This document shows positions 50,389-61,678 of a stretch of DNA of 64,000 nt, piece after piece (positions within the stretch are counted from its first letter, which is position 1; each line of letters opens with the position of its first letter). The stretch comes from an uncultured Pelagibacteraceae bacterium. GTDB taxonomy: Bacteria > Pseudomonadota > Alphaproteobacteria > Pelagibacterales > Pelagibacteraceae. The notes beneath the pieces are model-generated. The model had not been told where the DNA came from. It did no database searches and saw only the letters and a program-made list of their open reading frames with translations. A program made the position numbers and the translations under genes. The stretch spans positions 5 to 64,004 of the forward strand of contig CABYCN010000003.1 of the NCBI GenBank assembly GCA_902517455.1. Direction: 5' to 3'.

Positions 50389-52152
50389 ATGCCAAGCTAT
50401 ACTGCACCTATAGAAGATATGATGTTTCTTTTTGAGAAACTCCGAAATAATAAAAATTATAACGATCTAGAGAAATATAAAGAAGTTAGCTCAGATCTTG
50501 TTAAAGATATTTTAGAGGAAGCCGCGAAGATAAATCAAAATTTAATTTTACCACTTGCCAAAGTTGGAGACGAAAATCCTGCAATTTTGGAAAATGGAGT
50601 AGTGAGAACACCTCCTGGATACAAAGAAGCCTATCAAAAATATATTGAAGATGGTTGGACTTCTTTATCTTGTGATCCAAAGTATGGAGGTCAGGGAATG
50701 CCAAAAACGGTAAGTGCTTTTTTTGATGAAATGCTCTCATCTTCGAGTTTATCATTTAAACTTTATAGTGAACTTAGTATTGGAGCATATAATTGTATAA
50801 ATCACCATGCATCAGATGAAATTAAGAACAAATATTTACCTAAAATAGTTGAAGGTAAATGGAGTGGTACGATGTGTTTAACTGAACCTGTTTGTGGCAC
50901 TGATTTAGGACTTTTAAAAACTAAAGCAGAAAAACAAAATGATGGAACATATAAACTTAGCGGTCAAAAAATATTTATTACATCTGGGGATCATGATTTG
51001 ACAGAAAATATTATTCATTTAGTTATTGCCAGGTCTACAGACTCTCCAGCTGGCACAAAAGGTATAAGTTTATTTTTAGTACCGAAATACATAGTTAATA
51101 AAGATGGAAGTGTTGGCTCTAGAAATGGAGTTACAACTGGTTCAATTGAAAGCAAAATGGGTATAAAAGGTTCTGCAACATGTGTTTTAAACTTTGATGA
51201 TGCAACAGGATATATGATTGGAAAAAAAGACAAAGGTTTGAATGCGATGTTTACTATGATGAATCTTGAAAGAATTGTTGTTGGTATTCAAGGGCTAGGA
51301 ATTTCAGAAATTGCCTATCAAAATTCTCTTGCTTACGCTAAGGAAAGAAAACAGGGTAAAACTAACAACACCAAGACAAATAACGGAGCAGATTTTATAA
51401 TTGAACACGCTGATATTAGAAGATCATTATTAAACATGAAATCAATTATAGAAGGCGAAAGAGCATTATGTTTTTGGTTATCTCAACAAACAGAAGTAAG
51501 CTTAAATCATCCGGACGAAAATATTCGTCAGGAGGCCTCTGACTTTGTCTCCCTAATGACACCTGTTGTAAAATCATTATTTACAGATTTAGGTATGGAA
51601 ATTACCAATGATGCTATGCAAATTTATGGGGGTTACGGCTATACAAAAGATCAGGGAATAGAGCAATTATATCGAGACAATAGAATAACACCGATTTATG
51701 AAGGTACTAATTCTGTGCAAGCAGCAGATTTAGTTTTTAGAAAACTATCGAATAAAAACGGAAACATAATTAATAGGTATTTAGATTTAATTAAATCAGA
51801 GATTATTTCAATGAACGGTCAAACTAAACCATTTATAGAGCAATTTTCTTATTATTTAGATGTTTTAAGCAAGTTTAGTGAATGGACAATTGAAAAAGCT
51901 AAAACAGATAGAGATGATGTAAGTGCTGCAGCAAATGATTACCTCAAAACACTTGGATATGTATCAGTTGCCTATTCTTGGATAAAAGTCTTAGAAGTAA
52001 GTTTCAAGAATTATAATGAAAATAAAAAATTTTATGACGAAAAAATAAATACCGCTAAATTTTATTTCGATAAAGTTTTACCAAGAGCAGAACAACACTA
52101 TAAGTCGGCTATATCTGGTAGTTCGAACATAATGAATTTTAGATTTAATTAA
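50389..52152 (+). CDS. dmdC: Acyl-CoA dehydrogenase, likely methylmercaptopropionyl-CoA dehydrogenase
   Basis: GTMCLTEP.CGTDLG, KIFITSGDHDL, IYEGTN; upstream of dmdB/dmdA. Confidence 0.8.
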   Translation: MPSYTAPIEDMMFLFEKLRNNKNYNDLEKYKEVSSDLVKDILEEAAKINQNLILPLAKVGDENPAILENGVVRTPPGYKEAYQKYIEDGWTSLSCDPKYGGQGMPKTVSAFFDEMLSSSSLSFKLYSELSIGAYNCINHHASDEIKNKYLPKIVEGKWSGTMCLTEPVCGTDLGLLKTKAEKQNDGTYKLSGQKIFITSGDHDLTENIIHLVIARSTDSPAGTKGISLFLVPKYIVNKDGSVGSRNGVTTGSIESKMGIKGSATCVLNFDDATGYMIGKKDKGLNAMFTMMNLERIVVGIQGLGISEIAYQNSLAYAKERKQGKTNNTKTNNGADFIIEHADIRRSLLNMKSIIEGERALCFWLSQQTEVSLNHPDENIRQEASDFVSLMTPVVKSLFTDLGMEITNDAMQIYGGYGYTKDQGIEQLYRDNRITPIYEGTNSVQAADLVFRKLSNKNGNIINRYLDLIKSEIISMNGQTKPFIEQFSYYLDVLSKFSEWTIEKAKTDRDDVSAAANDYLKTLGYVSVAYSWIKVLEVSFKNYNENKKFYDEKINTAKFYFDKVLPRAEQHYKSAISGSSNIMNFRFN

Positions 52153-52153
52153 T

Positions 52154-53770
52154 ATGAATCATTATGAGTCAAATTTAGATAAAAATAGAGCAAATTACGT
52201 TCCATTAACTCCTTTATCATTCCTTGAAAGGGCAAAAGAAGTTTATCCTAACTATGAGGCTATTGTTTATGAAGATCGAAAATATACTTGGAAAGAAATA
52301 TATAAAAGAGCAGTTAAATTTGCTAGTGCGCTAGAAAAAATTGGCATTAGTAAAGGAGATACAGTTTCTTTTTTGGCTTTCAATACTCCTGAAATTTTTG
52401 AGGCTCATTATTCAGTTCCTATGACCGGAGCTATATTAAATACAATTAATATAAGATTAGATGCCAATACAATCTCATATATTTTAAAGCATAGTGATGC
52501 TAAAGTTTTAGTTGTAGATAGACAACTTCATGTTGAAGTCAAAAAAGCCTTAAGCAAAATAGATAAAAAAATTATCATAATTGACATTCATGATAAGTTT
52601 GCTGACCAGTCAAAATTAGAAAAAATCGGAGACCTTGAATACGAAAGTTTTTTAGATACAGGTGATGAAAATTATATCTGGAGAATGCCAGAGGATGAGT
52701 GGGAAGCTATTTCTTTAAGTTATACTTCTGGAACAACTGGTAATCCTAAAGGGGTTGTATATCATCATAGAGGCTCATATTTAATGGCCACAGGAAGTGC
52801 AGTGGCATGGAATATGCCAAACAGATTAAATTTTTTAACTATTGTTCCAATGTTTCACTGTAACGGTTGGTGTTATCCCTGGACAGTTCCAATGTTAAAT
52901 GGAAGAACGATTTGCCTAAGAAATATTGATGTGAAAAAAATTTTTGAATTGATAGAAAAATATAATGTTACTCATTTTGGTGGAGCACCTATAGTATTAA
53001 ATATGATAACAGGCGCCTCTGAAAGTGATAAAAAAAAGTTAAACCACAAAGTTCATGTCTTAACAGCTGGTGCTCCTCCGCCTAGTATTATCTTTAAAAA
53101 GATGAAAGCACTGGGTTTTGAAGTAATGCATGTTTACGGATTAACCGAGACCTATGGCCATGTTACCCAGTGTGCTTGGAATGATGCTTGGAGTGAATTT
53201 GATGAAGATAAGCAAAATGAAATTAAAGCAAGACAAGGCGTTAGGTATCCTAATCTAGAAGGTGCAACTATTATGGACCCTGAGACAATGAAAGAGGTCC
53301 CAAAAGATGGAAAAACTATTGGTGAAATTATGCTCAGAGGAAACGTAGTTATGAAAGGTTATTTCAAGGATAAAGCCGCAACAGATCAAGCTATGGCTGG
53401 AGGATGGTTTCATTCTGGAGATTTAGCAGTAATCCATCCTGATGGATATGTAAAAATACAAGATAGATCAAAAGATATAATTATCTCTGGAGGAGAAAAT
53501 ATATCTTCAATTGAGATAGAAAATACTTTGTCTAAACATCCTTCTGTATCTATTGCAGCTGTAGTTGCAAAACCAGATGAAAAATGGGGTGAAGTACCTT
53601 GTGCATTCATAGAAATGGTTAAAGATAAACCGGCTAGTGAAAAAGATTTAATTGATTTTTGTAAGGAGACTTTGGCAGGCTTTAAAGTACCAAAACAAGT
53701 TATTTTCTGTGAATTACCAAAAACATCAACAGGAAAAATTCAAAAATTTGAATTAAGAAAAAAGTTTTAG
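52154..53770 (+). CDS. dmdB: Acyl-CoA synthetase, likely methylmercaptopropionate-CoA ligase
   Basis: ANYVPLTPLSFL, YTSGTTGNPKG, PMFHCNGW, YGLTE, ISGGENI. Confidence 0.8.
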   Translation: MNHYESNLDKNRANYVPLTPLSFLERAKEVYPNYEAIVYEDRKYTWKEIYKRAVKFASALEKIGISKGDTVSFLAFNTPEIFEAHYSVPMTGAILNTINIRLDANTISYILKHSDAKVLVVDRQLHVEVKKALSKIDKKIIIIDIHDKFADQSKLEKIGDLEYESFLDTGDENYIWRMPEDEWEAISLSYTSGTTGNPKGVVYHHRGSYLMATGSAVAWNMPNRLNFLTIVPMFHCNGWCYPWTVPMLNGRTICLRNIDVKKIFELIEKYNVTHFGGAPIVLNMITGASESDKKKLNHKVHVLTAGAPPPSIIFKKMKALGFEVMHVYGLTETYGHVTQCAWNDAWSEFDEDKQNEIKARQGVRYPNLEGATIMDPETMKEVPKDGKTIGEIMLRGNVVMKGYFKDKAATDQAMAGGWFHSGDLAVIHPDGYVKIQDRSKDIIISGGENISSIEIENTLSKHPSVSIAAVVAKPDEKWGEVPCAFIEMVKDKPASEKDLIDFCKETLAGFKVPKQVIFCELPKTSTGKIQKFELRKKF

Positions 53771-53874
53771 CTAATCAATTGACATCCGCGATACTCAATA
53801 TTTATGAATATGGATATACGTTTATGATTGAAAAAGCATTTGAAATGATAGAAAAGGTCTAAGAATTAAAAAAA

Positions 53875-54984
53875 ATGAAAAATTTTCCAATTTCAAAATC
53901 AAGAAGATTGAGAAGCACTCCTTATACAGATAGGATAGAGTCTCAAGGTGTAAGTAGTTACACTATTTACAATCACATGTTGCTTCCAGCAACATTTAAA
54001 TCTTTAGAGGCTGATTATTTACATTTAAAGAAATTTGTCCAAGTATGGGATGTTGCAGCAGAAAGACAGGTTGAAATTTCAGGTAAAGACTCTGCTGAAT
54101 TAGTTCAGTTGATGACATGTCGGGATTTATCTAAATCCAAAGTTGGAAAATGTTATTATGCTCCATTGATAGACCATAATGGTTTGCTTGTTAATGACCC
54201 GATTATTAATAAATTAGCTGAGGATAAATGGTGGCTTTCTATAGCAGACTCAGATGTAATTTTTTTTGCAAAAGGATTAGCTGCTGGAAAAAAATTTGAA
54301 GTAGAAATTAATGAACCAAATGTAAACATTTTAGCTATCCAAGGACCTCTTTCTGATGACTTAATGGCAAAATTATTCGGTGATCAGATAAGACAATTAA
54401 AGTTTTTTAATTTTAATTATTATGAATTTAAAGGGAAAAAATACTTTATCGCAAGATCTGGTTGGTCAAAACAGGGAGGTTTTGAGGTTTATGTTGAAGA
54501 TAATACCGCTGGACAAGATTTATATGATTATCTATTTGAAGCTGGTAAAGAATTTAACGTTAGACCAGGTTGTCCAAATCTTATTGAAAGAATAGAAGGA
54601 GCTTTACTATCTTATGGAAATGATTTTGATAATAGGGATAATCCTTTAGAAGCTAATTTTGATAGATTTATGAATTTAGACTCTGAGGTAAACTTTTTAG
54701 GAAAAGAAAAATTAAGGAAGATAAGAGAGATTGGAATAAATAGAAAATTAATGGGCGTTAAAATTGATCACGATACTATTGATATGTACTGTGAAAAGAC
54801 ACTTATTGATGATGAGAATAACATTGTGGGATATGTTAGATCGGCAGCTTACTCTCCAACTTTTAAAAAAGTTATAGGTATAGCTATGATAAATAAACCC
54901 TACTGGGATTTAAAAACTCAATTTAAGATAGATATTAACGAAAAAATATTTGTAGGAACAGTTTGCGATTTACCGTTCATCTAG
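53875..54984 (+). CDS. dmdA: DMSP demethylase (GcvT-like)
   Basis: [54 protein letters not shown]. Confidence 0.92.
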   Translation: MKNFPISKSRRLRSTPYTDRIESQGVSSYTIYNHMLLPATFKSLEADYLHLKKFVQVWDVAAERQVEISGKDSAELVQLMTCRDLSKSKVGKCYYAPLIDHNGLLVNDPIINKLAEDKWWLSIADSDVIFFAKGLAAGKKFEVEINEPNVNILAIQGPLSDDLMAKLFGDQIRQLKFFNFNYYEFKGKKYFIARSGWSKQGGFEVYVEDNTAGQDLYDYLFEAGKEFNVRPGCPNLIERIEGALLSYGNDFDNRDNPLEANFDRFMNLDSEVNFLGKEKLRKIREIGINRKLMGVKIDHDTIDMYCEKTLIDDENNIVGYVRSAAYSPTFKKVIGIAMINKPYWDLKTQFKIDINEKIFVGTVCDLPFI

Positions 54985-55004
54985 TATAAAAATAAAAAGT
55001 TATC

Positions 55005-56012
55005 ATGAATATAGCAATTGTAGGTGCAACGGGAAATGTTGGTAGAAAAACTTTAGAGGTTCTTGAAAAAAAGGAACTTAAATTTGACAATCTCTATCTA
55101 GTTGCCTCATCAAAAAGTGTAGGTATAAAAATTAAATTTAGAGGCAAAGAATATGAGGTGGTTGATTTAGAAAGTTTTGATTTTTCTAAAGCAAAAATTA
55201 TTTTTTTTGCAGCAGGTAGAAAAATTTCTGAAAAATTTGCCCAAAAAGCCTCAAAAAACTCATTAGTTATAGATAATTCTAGTTTTTTTAGAATGGATCC
55301 AGAGGTTCCTTTAATAGTTCCACAGGTAAATTCAAATGATTTGAAACATATAAAGAAAAATATTATTGCAAATCCTAATTGTTCTACAGCTCAGTTAGTC
55401 ATTGCTCTTAAACCCTTACATGATTTATTCATTATTAAAAGAATAGTTGTTTCAACTTATCAATCCGTTTCTGGAGGTGGCAAAGCACCTATGGATGAAT
55501 TAATTGAACAAACTAAACAGTCACTAAATGGAAATAAAATAAAATCTAAAAACTTCACTAAACAAATAGCTTTTAATGCTATTCCTCACATAGATATGTT
55601 TTCTGATGACGGTTATACAAAAGAGGAACTAAAAATGACAAATGAAACAAAAAAGATCCTTGACGATAAAATAGATTTAACAGCAACTTGTGTTAGACTA
55701 CCAATTTCTATATCTCATTCTGAGTCTGTTAATATTCAATTCGAAAAATCTTTTTCACTTGAAAAAGTAAGAAATGCTTTAGAAAATTTTGATGGATGTA
55801 AGGTTGTAGATGAAAGAGCTGATGGTGGATATACAACTCCTATTGATGCAGAGGGTAAAGATGAAACATTTATTTCTAGGATAAGAGAAGACAAAACAAT
55901 TGAAAACGGATTAAATTTGTGGATTGTCTCGGATAACCTTTTAAGAGGAGCAGCTTTAAATGCAGTAGAGATCGCCGAAACTTTGATTAAAAATAATTTT
56001 TATGGAAAATAA
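55005..56012 (+). CDS. asd: Aspartate-semialdehyde dehydrogenase
   Basis: VGATGNVG, IANPNCST, STYQSVSG, DNLLRGAA. Confidence 0.96.
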   Translation: MNIAIVGATGNVGRKTLEVLEKKELKFDNLYLVASSKSVGIKIKFRGKEYEVVDLESFDFSKAKIIFFAAGRKISEKFAQKASKNSLVIDNSSFFRMDPEVPLIVPQVNSNDLKHIKKNIIANPNCSTAQLVIALKPLHDLFIIKRIVVSTYQSVSGGGKAPMDELIEQTKQSLNGNKIKSKNFTKQIAFNAIPHIDMFSDDGYTKEELKMTNETKKILDDKIDLTATCVRLPISISHSESVNIQFEKSFSLEKVRNALENFDGCKVVDERADGGYTTPIDAEGKDETFISRIREDKTIENGLNLWIVSDNLLRGAALNAVEIAETLIKNNFYGK

Positions 56013-56385
56013 AGAACCTTTATCACCTCATATTCAGATTTACAGATGGCATATATCCTCTTTGGTATCTATAACCCATAGAATAACCGGTATAATAAAT
56101 ATAATAGCGGTTACATTAATATGTCTTTGGGCATCATTTCTTTTATTTGGTGAAAGTAAATATGAAAATATAGATATTTTTTTTAACTCATATTTTGGGA
56201 AGTTTATTATTTTAGGTGTTACCTGGTCTTTTTTATTTCAGATTTTAAGTGAGATAAGACATTTAATAATGGATCTAGGATATGGTTTTGAAATACGAAC
56301 GACGAAAATCACAGGTTTAATTGTAATATTTGGATCAATTATTTTAACTATTACTTTTTATTTTATAGGAAAAAATTTTATTTGA
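56002..56385 (+). CDS. sdhC: Succinate dehydrogenase anchor subunit C
   Basis: PLSPHIQIY, SITHRITG, IRHLIMD. Confidence 0.92.
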   Translation: MENKEPLSPHIQIYRWHISSLVSITHRITGIINIIAVTLICLWASFLLFGESKYENIDIFFNSYFGKFIILGVTWSFLFQILSEIRHLIMDLGYGFEIRTTKITGLIVIFGSIILTITFYFIGKNFI

Positions 56386-56709
56386 ATGATCATTGCAACT
56401 AAAAAATGGATTTTTTTAAAAGTTAGTGGAGTATTGCTAGTCCCACTGATGTTGTGGTTTATATTAAATTTAATTGCTATTTACGATAAAGGTTATTTAG
56501 ATGTCATAAATTTTTTTACAAATTCATCCTCTAAATTCTTATTCAGTCTTTTTATAATAGATGCCTATTTTTTCTCAGCATTAAGTATTAGTGAGGTTTT
56601 TGAGGATTATATACAGAATGAGCAAATCAAAAATGTCGCAAACAAGCTTTTATATGTTTCTGCTGTGGCAATTCCAATAATTACAATTATATTAATATCT
56701 AAATTATGA
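56386..56709 (+). CDS. sdhD: Succinate dehydrogenase anchor subunit D
   Basis: 3 TM, EDY motif, lies between sdhC and sdhA. Confidence 0.85.
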   Translation: MIIATKKWIFLKVSGVLLVPLMLWFILNLIAIYDKGYLDVINFFTNSSSKFLFSLFIIDAYFFSALSISEVFEDYIQNEQIKNVANKLLYVSAVAIPIITIILISKL

Positions 56710-58481
56710 ATTCTTATAAAATAATAGATCATGAGTATGATGTAGTTGTGTTGGGTGCGGGTGGCTCAGGACTTAGAGCAGCTGTAGGTTTAAGTGAGGC
56801 TGGATTAAAAACTGCATGTATTTCAAAAGTATTTCCTACTAGAAGTCATACTTCTGCTGCTCAAGGTGGTATTTCAGCTTCTCTTGGTAATATGGGAGAG
56901 GATGACTGGCGTTGGCATATGTATGATACTGTTAAAGGAGCTGATTGGTTAGGAGATCAAGACTGTATTGAATATCTTTGCAAAGAAGCACCTAAAGCAG
57001 TTATTGAATTAGAAAAATACGGTGTTCCTTTTAGTAGGACTGAAGATGGAAAAATTTATCAAAGACCATTTGGTGGAATGACAAAAAATTATGGTAATGG
57101 GATCGTCCAAAGAACTTGTGCTGCTGCTGATAGAACAGGACATGCAATTTTACATACATTGTACGGTCAAGCCTTAAAACACAAAACAGAATTTTTTATT
57201 GAATATTTTGCACTTGATTTACTCATGAAAGATGGAGAGTGCAAAGGACTGATTGCATGGAATTTAAATGATGGAACCATACATAGGTTTAGAGCCCATA
57301 GCGTAATTATTGCAACAGGTGGATATGGTAAAGTTTATTATTCTGCGACTTCAGCACATACTTGTACTGGAGATGGAAATGCAATGGTTCTAAGAGCAGG
57401 ATTGCCATTACAAGATATGGAGTTTGTTCAGTTTCATCCAACAGGAATTTATGGTCATGGAACATTAATTACTGAAGGAGCTAGAGGTGAAGGAGGATAT
57501 CTTACAAATTCAAAAGGTGAAAGATTTATGGAAAGGTATGCGCCAAAAGCGAAAGATTTGGCTTCCAGGGATGTTGTAAGCAGGTCAATGTCAATTGAAA
57601 TTAATGAGGGTAGAGGTGTAGGAAAAGATCAAGATCATGTTCATTTAAATTTAAGTCACTTGGATAAAGAAATCATAGAAAGTAGACTACCTGGTATAAC
57701 TGATGCTGCTAGACTATTTGCAAACGTTGATGTTACTAAAGAACCAATTCCAGTAGTACCAACTGTTCATTACAACATGGGCGGAATTCCTACTAATTAT
57801 AAAGGCGAAGTTTTGACAGTAAATGGTTCTGAAAAAACTGTTCCTGGATTGATGGCAATTGGTGAAGCTGCATGCGTTTCAGTTCATGGTGCGAATAGAT
57901 TAGGATCTAACTCTTTAATTGATCTAGTGGTCTTCGGAAGAGCAGCAGCAAAAAGAGCAGCTGAACTTATAAAACCAGGAACACCTCACGAGGAAATTGG
58001 AGAATTAGAGACACAAAAATGTCTTGATAGATTTGATAAGATAAGAAATGCAGATGGAGAAATAGGTACTGCAGAATTAAGGTTATCAATGCAAAAAACA
58101 ATGCAATCAAAATGTGCAGTTTTTAGAACAGAAAAAACACTTAAAGAAGGAGTTGAAGAAATAAGGAAAACCTATGATGGATTAGACTCATTATCAGTTA
58201 AAGATAAATCATTAATATTTAATACAGATTTAGTTGAAACTTTAGAATTTGATAATTTAATTAGGCAAGCAGTAGCTACAGTGGACTCAGCTTATCATAG
58301 AAAAGAAAGTAGAGGAGCACATGCTAGAGAAGATTATCCTAAAAGAGATGATAAAAAGTTTATGCAACATACCCTTGCTTGGTGCGATGGAAAAGAGACT
58401 AAAATAAGTTACAGAGAAGTTCATAAAACAACATTAACTAACGAAGTACAATATTTTCCCCCTCAAGAAAGAGTTTATTAA
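56706..58481 (+). CDS. sdhA: Succinate dehydrogenase flavoprotein
   Basis: [33 protein letters not shown]. Confidence 0.98.
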   Translation: MNSYKIIDHEYDVVVLGAGGSGLRAAVGLSEAGLKTACISKVFPTRSHTSAAQGGISASLGNMGEDDWRWHMYDTVKGADWLGDQDCIEYLCKEAPKAVIELEKYGVPFSRTEDGKIYQRPFGGMTKNYGNGIVQRTCAAADRTGHAILHTLYGQALKHKTEFFIEYFALDLLMKDGECKGLIAWNLNDGTIHRFRAHSVIIATGGYGKVYYSATSAHTCTGDGNAMVLRAGLPLQDMEFVQFHPTGIYGHGTLITEGARGEGGYLTNSKGERFMERYAPKAKDLASRDVVSRSMSIEINEGRGVGKDQDHVHLNLSHLDKEIIESRLPGITDAARLFANVDVTKEPIPVVPTVHYNMGGIPTNYKGEVLTVNGSEKTVPGLMAIGEAACVSVHGANRLGSNSLIDLVVFGRAAAKRAAELIKPGTPHEEIGELETQKCLDRFDKIRNADGEIGTAELRLSMQKTMQSKCAVFRTEKTLKEGVEEIRKTYDGLDSLSVKDKSLIFNTDLVETLEFDNLIRQAVATVDSAYHRKESRGAHAREDYPKRDDKKFMQHTLAWCDGKETKISYREVHKTTLTNEVQYFPPQERVY

Positions 58482-59260
58482 TGGTACAAATAAGTTTACC
58501 TGAAAACTCAAAAGTAAAAAAAGGTAAATACTTTGAAGATAAGACTGGTTCAAAGAATTTAAGAAAAGTAAATATATACAGGTGGGATCCTTCAACAGGA
58601 GAAAACCCAAGAATTGATACTTACGAAGTTGATATGGACAATTGTCCCTCAAAGGTTTTGGACATATTGAATAAAATTAAAAACGAATTAGATCCCACAA
58701 TAGCTTATCGAAGGTCATGTGCACATGGAGTATGTGGTTCATGTGCAATGAATATGGGTGGAAAAAATGGTTTAGCATGTACTACTCCTCATGCTGATAT
58801 CAAAGGTGATATAGACATATATCCTTTACCTCATTTAAAAGTAAAAAGAGATTTGATAGGAGATTTAGATGGATTATACAAACAATATAAATCAATAGAG
58901 CCTTGGTTAAAATCAAATTCTAAATCTGACACTACTGAAATTATTCAATCAAAAGAAGATAGAAAGAAATTAGATGGAGCTTATGAGTGTATTATGTGCG
59001 CATGTTGTTCAACTTCCTGTCCAAGTTACTGGTGGAATGGCGATAAATACTTGGGTCCAGCAGTTCTTTTACAGGCTTATAGGTGGATAGTTGATAGCAG
59101 GGATGAGGAGAGAGAAGCTAGATTGAAAAAAGTTGCGGACGAATTAAAGCTTTATAGATGTCATACTATTTTAAATTGCACAAGTGCTTGTCCAAAAGGC
59201 CTGAATCCTGCAAAGGCAATAGCAGAAATAAAAAAAATGTTAGCAACAGCTAGTCTTTAA
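58481..59260 (+). CDS. sdhB: Succinate dehydrogenase iron-sulfur subunit
   Basis: [34 protein letters not shown]. Confidence 0.97.
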   Translation: MVQISLPENSKVKKGKYFEDKTGSKNLRKVNIYRWDPSTGENPRIDTYEVDMDNCPSKVLDILNKIKNELDPTIAYRRSCAHGVCGSCAMNMGGKNGLACTTPHADIKGDIDIYPLPHLKVKRDLIGDLDGLYKQYKSIEPWLKSNSKSDTTEIIQSKEDRKKLDGAYECIMCACCSTSCPSYWWNGDKYLGPAVLLQAYRWIVDSRDEEREARLKKVADELKLYRCHTILNCTSACPKGLNPAKAIAEIKKMLATASL

Positions 59261-60011
59261 ATAATACTTTTTTTAAATTATTTGCAGAAGATTGCATCAG
59301 GGATAAGATTTTTTTTAAATCATTTATGTCTTTTCTACTTTTCGCGGTATGTGTTGACAAACAAAAACATAACTCTTTATTTGAATTAAATATTGGCACA
59401 GAAAGTCCAACCATTCCATTAAACCATTCTTCATCATCAAAGGCATAACCTTGATTTTTAATTTTTTTTAGTTCTTTTTTAAATAGCGAAATATCAGTGA
59501 TTGTGTTTTTAGCTGTTTTAGGAGTTTTGATATTTTTAAATATTTGAATTACATTTTTTTCTTCTATTGATGATAAATATAATTTCCCTGATGCGGATGC
59601 ATGTAACGGAAGATGGTCTCCTGCCTCTAGGTTTAATTGCATTGGCCAATGAAATTCTATTCTGTCAAAATAAACAAGTTTAGTACCTATCGGTATTGAT
59701 AAACTAACCGTTTCCTCAATATCATTAGTTAGTTTTCTTAAGTATGATCTTCTTAAAGTAAAATTTGGTTCATAGGGTAGGCTTTTTAAAATTAAATTTC
59801 TTATTTTTGGTCCAGGAAGATATTTTTTTGAACTACTTGCTACTAAATATTTTTCTTCACATAGGGTTTCAATATGTCTATAAATTGTAGGCAAAGGTAT
59901 CTTTAACTTATGAGAAATTTTTTTTGCTGTAAAGTTATCAGGATCAACTATGATTTCCTCAAGTATATTTAATATTCTTCTTGGAGATGTTCTACTATTT
60001 GTGTCTGTCAT
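59250..60011 (-). CDS. IclR family transcriptional regulator
   Basis: [27 protein letters not shown]...LSVPI. Confidence 0.92.
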   Translation of the reverse strand: MTDTNSRTSPRRILNILEEIIVDPDNFTAKKISHKLKIPLPTIYRHIETLCEEKYLVASSSKKYLPGPKIRNLILKSLPYEPNFTLRRSYLRKLTNDIEETVSLSIPIGTKLVYFDRIEFHWPMQLNLEAGDHLPLHASASGKLYLSSIEEKNVIQIFKNIKTPKTAKNTITDISLFKKELKKIKNQGYAFDDEEWFNGMVGLSVPIFNSNKELCFCLSTHTAKSRKDINDLKKILSLMQSSANNLKKVLFKD

Positions 60012-60033
60012 CTAAATTTAAATCTTTAAAAAT

Positions 60034-61527
60034 TTAAGATAAAACTGGAATAGTAAATTCAGGTCCTGCATTGTCTTCTACCCAAGTCACAGTCGCAGTT
60101 TTGAGTTTAGTGTAAAACCTTACACCTTCTGGTCCGTGCATTGAATGATCCCCAAATAAGGATCGTTTCCATCCACCAAAACTATGGTAAGCAACTGGCA
60201 CGGGAATAGGTACGTTAACTCCTATCATACCAATTTTTGCATTTTCAGTGAAATGTTTAGCAATATTTCCACTTTTAGTAAAGACAGCCGCTCCGTTCCC
60301 AAGCTCATGGTCATTAACTAAGTTTAGTGCTTCTTCATAAGTATCAGTGGTCATCATACTTAATACCGGGCCAAAGATTTCTTCTTTATATATTTTCATA
60401 TCTGGTTTGACATCATCAAATATTGTTGGACCAACAAAGTAACCATTTTCGTAACCTTGTTTTTTAAAATTCCTACCATCCGCTAATAATTTAGCTCCTT
60501 CTTTTTCTCCAGTATCAATGTATCCTAAAACTTTCTCAAAATGAGCTTTGTTATTTAGAGGACCAAAATCACTTTTCTCATCAGTATATGGTCCTACATT
60601 TAATTTTGCAGTTTCTTCTAACAATTTTGTTTTTATTTTCTCTTTAGTTTGTTTTCCTACACAAACAGCAACCGAAATTGCCATACACCTCTCCCCTGCT
60701 GAACCAAAAGCAGATCCTATAATTGCGTCTGTAGTTTTATTTACATCAGCATCAGGCATAATAACCATATGATTTTTTGCTCCACCTAGAGCTTGCACTC
60801 TTTTATTGTTTTTTGTACCTGTGTGATAAACATACTCAGCTATTGGCGTTGAACCAACAAAACTAATTGCTTGAACTGTTTTATTTTCAAGCAAAGTATC
60901 TACTGCTTCTTTATCACCATTAACAACATTTAAAACACCTGGAGGAAAACCTGCTTCGATCGCTAATTCTGCTAATCTGATTGGACAGCTTGGATCTTTT
61001 TCAGATGGTTTTAACACAAATGTATTTCCACAAGCTATAGCAACGGGATACATCCACATTGGAACCATCGCAGGAAAATTAAATGGTGTTATTCCAGCAC
61101 AAACTCCAAGAGGTTGTCTCAATGTGTGTGAGTCGACATTTGTTCCAACACTTGTTGAATGATCCCCTTTTAAAGAATCTGTAATTCCTGTTGCATACTC
61201 AACTACTTCTATTCCTCTTTGAACTGAACCTTTAGCATCAGCAATTGTTTTCCCATGTTGTTCGGAAACTAGATTTGCAAGTTGTTCCATATTATTTATG
61301 AGAAGGTCTTTATATTTTGATAAAATTCTTGACCTATTTATTGGTGTAGTTTTTGACCATTTTAAAAAGGCCTCTGAGGAATTTTTAATGGCCATTTCAA
61401 CTGTAACCTTACTAGCTAATTCAACTTCAGCAATTTGTTCACCAATAGCTGGATTGAATATTGGTCCTTTTCTGGATTTACCATTCGAATAAATCTTTCC
61501 ATTAATAAAGTGACTAACTGTTTTCAT
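60034..61527 (-). CDS. mmsA: CoA-acylating (methyl)malonate-semialdehyde dehydrogenase
   Basis: GITPFNFPAMVPMW, KPSEKDP, GGAKNH, AGERCMA, GVNVPIPVP. Confidence 0.9.
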   Translation of the reverse strand: MKTVSHFINGKIYSNGKSRKGPIFNPAIGEQIAEVELASKVTVEMAIKNSSEAFLKWSKTTPINRSRILSKYKDLLINNMEQLANLVSEQHGKTIADAKGSVQRGIEVVEYATGITDSLKGDHSTSVGTNVDSHTLRQPLGVCAGITPFNFPAMVPMWMYPVAIACGNTFVLKPSEKDPSCPIRLAELAIEAGFPPGVLNVVNGDKEAVDTLLENKTVQAISFVGSTPIAEYVYHTGTKNNKRVQALGGAKNHMVIMPDADVNKTTDAIIGSAFGSAGERCMAISVAVCVGKQTKEKIKTKLLEETAKLNVGPYTDEKSDFGPLNNKAHFEKVLGYIDTGEKEGAKLLADGRNFKKQGYENGYFVGPTIFDDVKPDMKIYKEEIFGPVLSMMTTDTYEEALNLVNDHELGNGAAVFTKSGNIAKHFTENAKIGMIGVNVPIPVPVAYHSFGGWKRSLFGDHSMHGPEGVRFYTKLKTATVTWVEDNAGPEFTIPVLS

Positions 61528-61624
61528 TAAAATTAATTTTATAAATAAAATATAACACGTTTTTTTTGATTGCAACATGTTTCGTTAAATGAGAAAAATA
61601 TTATCAATTAAGGGTTTTATGGTG

Positions 61625-61673
61625 TTGACTCCTAAATTTAGTTAAGCTTAGATTAGATTAATTTAAAGAGGAG
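61625..61673 (+). promoter_or_regulatory. Putative promoter and RBS of the Fe-ADH/TRAP operon
   Basis: TTGACT(61625-61630)-N18-TAGATT; GAGGAG at 61668-61673 before the TTG start. Confidence 0.5.
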
Positions 61674-61678
61674 ATGGC

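Noticed and set aside
61578-61597. Imperfect palindrome TTTCGTTAAATGAGA as an IclR operator
   Set aside because: Only 5 of 7 positions pair in AT-rich DNA; too weak without conservation data.
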